56,966 nucleotides of DNA from positions 1 to 56,966 of the forward strand of contig CAJLZE010000003.1 of assembly GCA_905210995.1 (NCBI GenBank), read 5' to 3'. Below the pieces are notes generated by a model. That model saw only the letters and a program-made list of their open reading frames with translations. It was not told where the DNA came from and made no database searches. This document shows positions 55,317 to 56,966 of this stretch, in pieces. The position numbers and the translations under genes were made by a program. The DNA is from an uncultured Anaerotruncus sp. (GTDB taxonomy: Bacteria > Bacillota > Clostridia > Oscillospirales > CAG-272). Position 1 is the stretch's first letter. The number at the start of each line of letters is the position of its first letter.

Positions 55317-56360
55317 ATGCAGTTTAGCAGCAAATTGAAAGAGTTAAGAGCCAACGCCGGGCTAACGCAGGAAGAGGTCGCCAAACGCCTGTACGTATCC
55401 TCGCAGACCGTTTCAAAATGGGAACGCGGGCTTCTCACGCCGGACATCAAGCTTCTACCGCGCATAGCAGTGCTTTATCACACATCCATCGACTCGATAT
55501 TCAGCATGGAATCGGTGTGGGACGAGGAACACGAAAAAAAGCTGCGTGAGAAAATAAACCTATTCCACGCAACGGGTAAATATGAGCTTGCCTACGATAC
55601 CATGCTTGACGAAATAGAGCTTCGTCCCGACAAATTCCAGGATTACTGTAACATTATGCTTTATGTTTTGCAGCGAAAAATGTTTGACGAAACACATATC
55701 CGTCGTATGCTACAGCTTGCCGAATACGCAAATGAATACTGCAAATGCGATGATATACGCAATGAGATATGCAGGCTGATGCTTCAGATATGCAGTTTTT
55801 CGGGCAGTGCCGAAATAAGAAAAAAAGCCGTTGGATATTACAAGAAATTACCGCAGCTCAAGCACAGCCGCGAGGTGTATGCCAGGTTTGTAATGGAACC
55901 CGCCGAATATTCCGCTCAGCTCAGGAAAAACATAACATACACGGTCGATCTTGCCGAGTGTGCCATACGCGGACTGATCACCGGAGATATGACTGACGAA
56001 GAAAAACTGTTTTATTTTAAAAAAGCCGCCGCACTGTTTGAAACAATAAACGATGACAGGTATGCAGGCTTTTACGACCTTCCGCTCCTTTGCGACTACT
56101 GCGAAATAGCCCGGTTGCTTTTATCGCTCGGAGATCATGATGAAGCAGATAAATATGTTAAAAAAATTATTTTCATAATACAACGGCAGATTGACCCCGA
56201 AGAAACAGTTTCGCCGCTCATCGGCAATCCAATTCCGGAAGGATACACGCACCCGCTCACAAAATGCAAAATGCTTTTGAAAAACATGCTCTCATCACCG
56301 GCGTTCGCCGAATATCGGGAAAAACTGCAGCACATTGCAGCCGAGATAGACTCGAAGTGA
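55317..56360 (+). CDS. XRE-family HTH transcriptional regulator with a long helical (TPR-like) C-terminal domain
   Basis: ATG at 55317, 1 nt after the upstream stop. LKELRANAGLTQEEVAKRLYVSSQTVSKWERG HTH_3 motif. About 280-aa alpha-helical tail. Confidence 0.8.
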   Translation: MQFSSKLKELRANAGLTQEEVAKRLYVSSQTVSKWERGLLTPDIKLLPRIAVLYHTSIDSIFSMESVWDEEHEKKLREKINLFHATGKYELAYDTMLDEIELRPDKFQDYCNIMLYVLQRKMFDETHIRRMLQLAEYANEYCKCDDIRNEICRLMLQICSFSGSAEIRKKAVGYYKKLPQLKHSREVYARFVMEPAEYSAQLRKNITYTVDLAECAIRGLITGDMTDEEKLFYFKKAAALFETINDDRYAGFYDLPLLCDYCEIARLLLSLGDHDEADKYVKKIIFIIQRQIDPEETVSPLIGNPIPEGYTHPLTKCKMLLKNMLSSPAFAEYREKLQHIAAEIDSK

Positions 56361-56450
56361 TCTGTCGGCAATGATTTTTTGATGTCGTGGAAACTGAAAA
56401 AAATATAAAGGCACGGGCAAAAAACTACCAAATATAATATCAATAAAAGC

Positions 56451-56481
56451 AAAAATGCCGGGATTTCGACCGGCATTTTTT
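56451..56481. terminator. bidirectional intrinsic terminator
   Basis: AAAAATGCCGG-GATTTCGA-CCGGCATTTTTT. Confidence 0.7.
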
Positions 56482-56516
56482 CAGCACTCGGGACTATCCT
56501 AAGCTTTGTCTGTTCG

Positions 56517-56840
56517 TCAGTATGAGACCACGAGCTGCATTTTGAACTTTTCCTCACCGTAAACCGCGTGAGGGATATCCTTGGGCATGATGAGCGTTTC
56601 GCCCGCATTCAGAATGAACACCTCGCCGCCGACGGTGAAGCGCCCGGTGCCGTCAAGCACCGTGACCATCGCGTCGCCCGCCGCAGCGTGCGTCGAGATC
56701 TCCTCGCCCTTGTCGAACGAAAAGAGCGTCATGCTCACCTTGTCGTTCTGAACGAGGGTTTTGCTCACGACCTGTCCCGCCTGATATTCGATCTGATCCG
56801 CCAGAGTGATCTTTTCTTTTTTTGCGATATTCTTGTACAT
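56517..56840 (-). CDS. cupin-domain protein
   Basis: 107 aa with GEEISTHAAAGD and MPKDIPHAV cupin motif-like segments. Confidence 0.7.
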   Translation of the reverse strand: MYKNIAKKEKITLADQIEYQAGQVVSKTLVQNDKVSMTLFSFDKGEEISTHAAAGDAMVTVLDGTGRFTVGGEVFILNAGETLIMPKDIPHAVYGEEKFKMQLVVSY

Positions 56841-56863
56841 TTTTCTTTCTCCCTTATGTATGA

Positions 56864-56966
56864 TTATCCCAGGAACAGGAAGTAACCCAGGACAAGAATA
56901 CCGAGTACAATACGGTAGTATCCAAACGGTTTGAAATCATTTTTCTTGATGTAGTTCATCAGGAAT
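56864..56966 (-). CDS. uppP: undecaprenyl-diphosphate phosphatase, C-terminal fragment (gene runs off the window)
   Basis: Minus-sense translation ...[31 protein letters not shown] resembles the UppP/BacA C-terminus. Confidence 0.55.
   Translation of the reverse strand, partial: FLMNYIKKNDFKPFGYYRIVLGILVLGYFLFLG

Noticed and set aside
56382-56408. 8-codon ORF (MSWKLKKI) downstream of the XRE-TPR regulator as a possible signalling pro-peptide
   Set aside because: It is too short, with no signal-like hydrophobic segment and no RBS. It is indistinguishable from chance in AT-rich DNA.

Overview
This is a 56.9-kb GC-rich chromosomal window. From its gene content, (S/P)PxTG sorting signals and composition I infer a spore-forming Clostridia, probably Oscillospiraceae/Ruminococcaceae-like. 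I recognise about 50 protein genes and one tRNA-Leu(CAA). I found no rRNA, CRISPR array, transposase, integrase or phage genes. In order, the window contains: (1) a CDP-alcohol phosphatidyltransferase and tRNA-Leu. (2) A SleC-like cortex-lytic enzyme encoded as two separate genes, plus a PG-binding protein. (3) clpC, gdhA, queA and dapA. (4) A long minus-strand operon (promoter 17341-17369): DUF1836, NfeD, a 2-TM protein, four tandem secreted paralogues with near-identical SPxTG cell-wall sorting modules (one interrupted by a single in-frame TAA), then flotillin. (5) A HAD hydrolase and an M50 protease. (6) potABCD behind a structured leader. (7) A LiaF-like gene and a BceRS/BceAB-type module, followed by an unlisted 52-codon TM ORF. 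(8) A 16.6-kb, 14-gene unidirectional glycan locus. It holds LacI; a catabolic block (Fsa/transaldolase, YjbQ, SIS, archaeal-type TIM, fucose/arabinose-isomerase-like, FGGY kinase); two CBM9-like anchored surface proteins; two paralogous unknown TIM-barrel-like proteins with a conserved C...CxCxxC cluster; two paralogous MBL-fold proteins (one cytoplasmic, one lipoprotein); and an orphan solute-binding lipoprotein. An AAGTTTCGAAACTT-type operator is shared across the locus. (9) A divergent ceramidase-like hydrolase, GH36 alpha-galactosidase, MATE, GNAT and HD genes. (10) An ABC-ATPase (PF09818-like) gene flanked by a ~53-bp direct repeat. (11) An AT-richer islet with a membrane protein and an XRE-TPR regulator, then a cupin and the 3' end of uppP. 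The best candidates for undescribed biology are (i) the NfeD/flotillin operon with an embedded cassette-like array of sortase substrates, and (ii) the glycan locus built around duplicated unknown enzymes. All functional calls come from motif recognition by eye. No database search was run.
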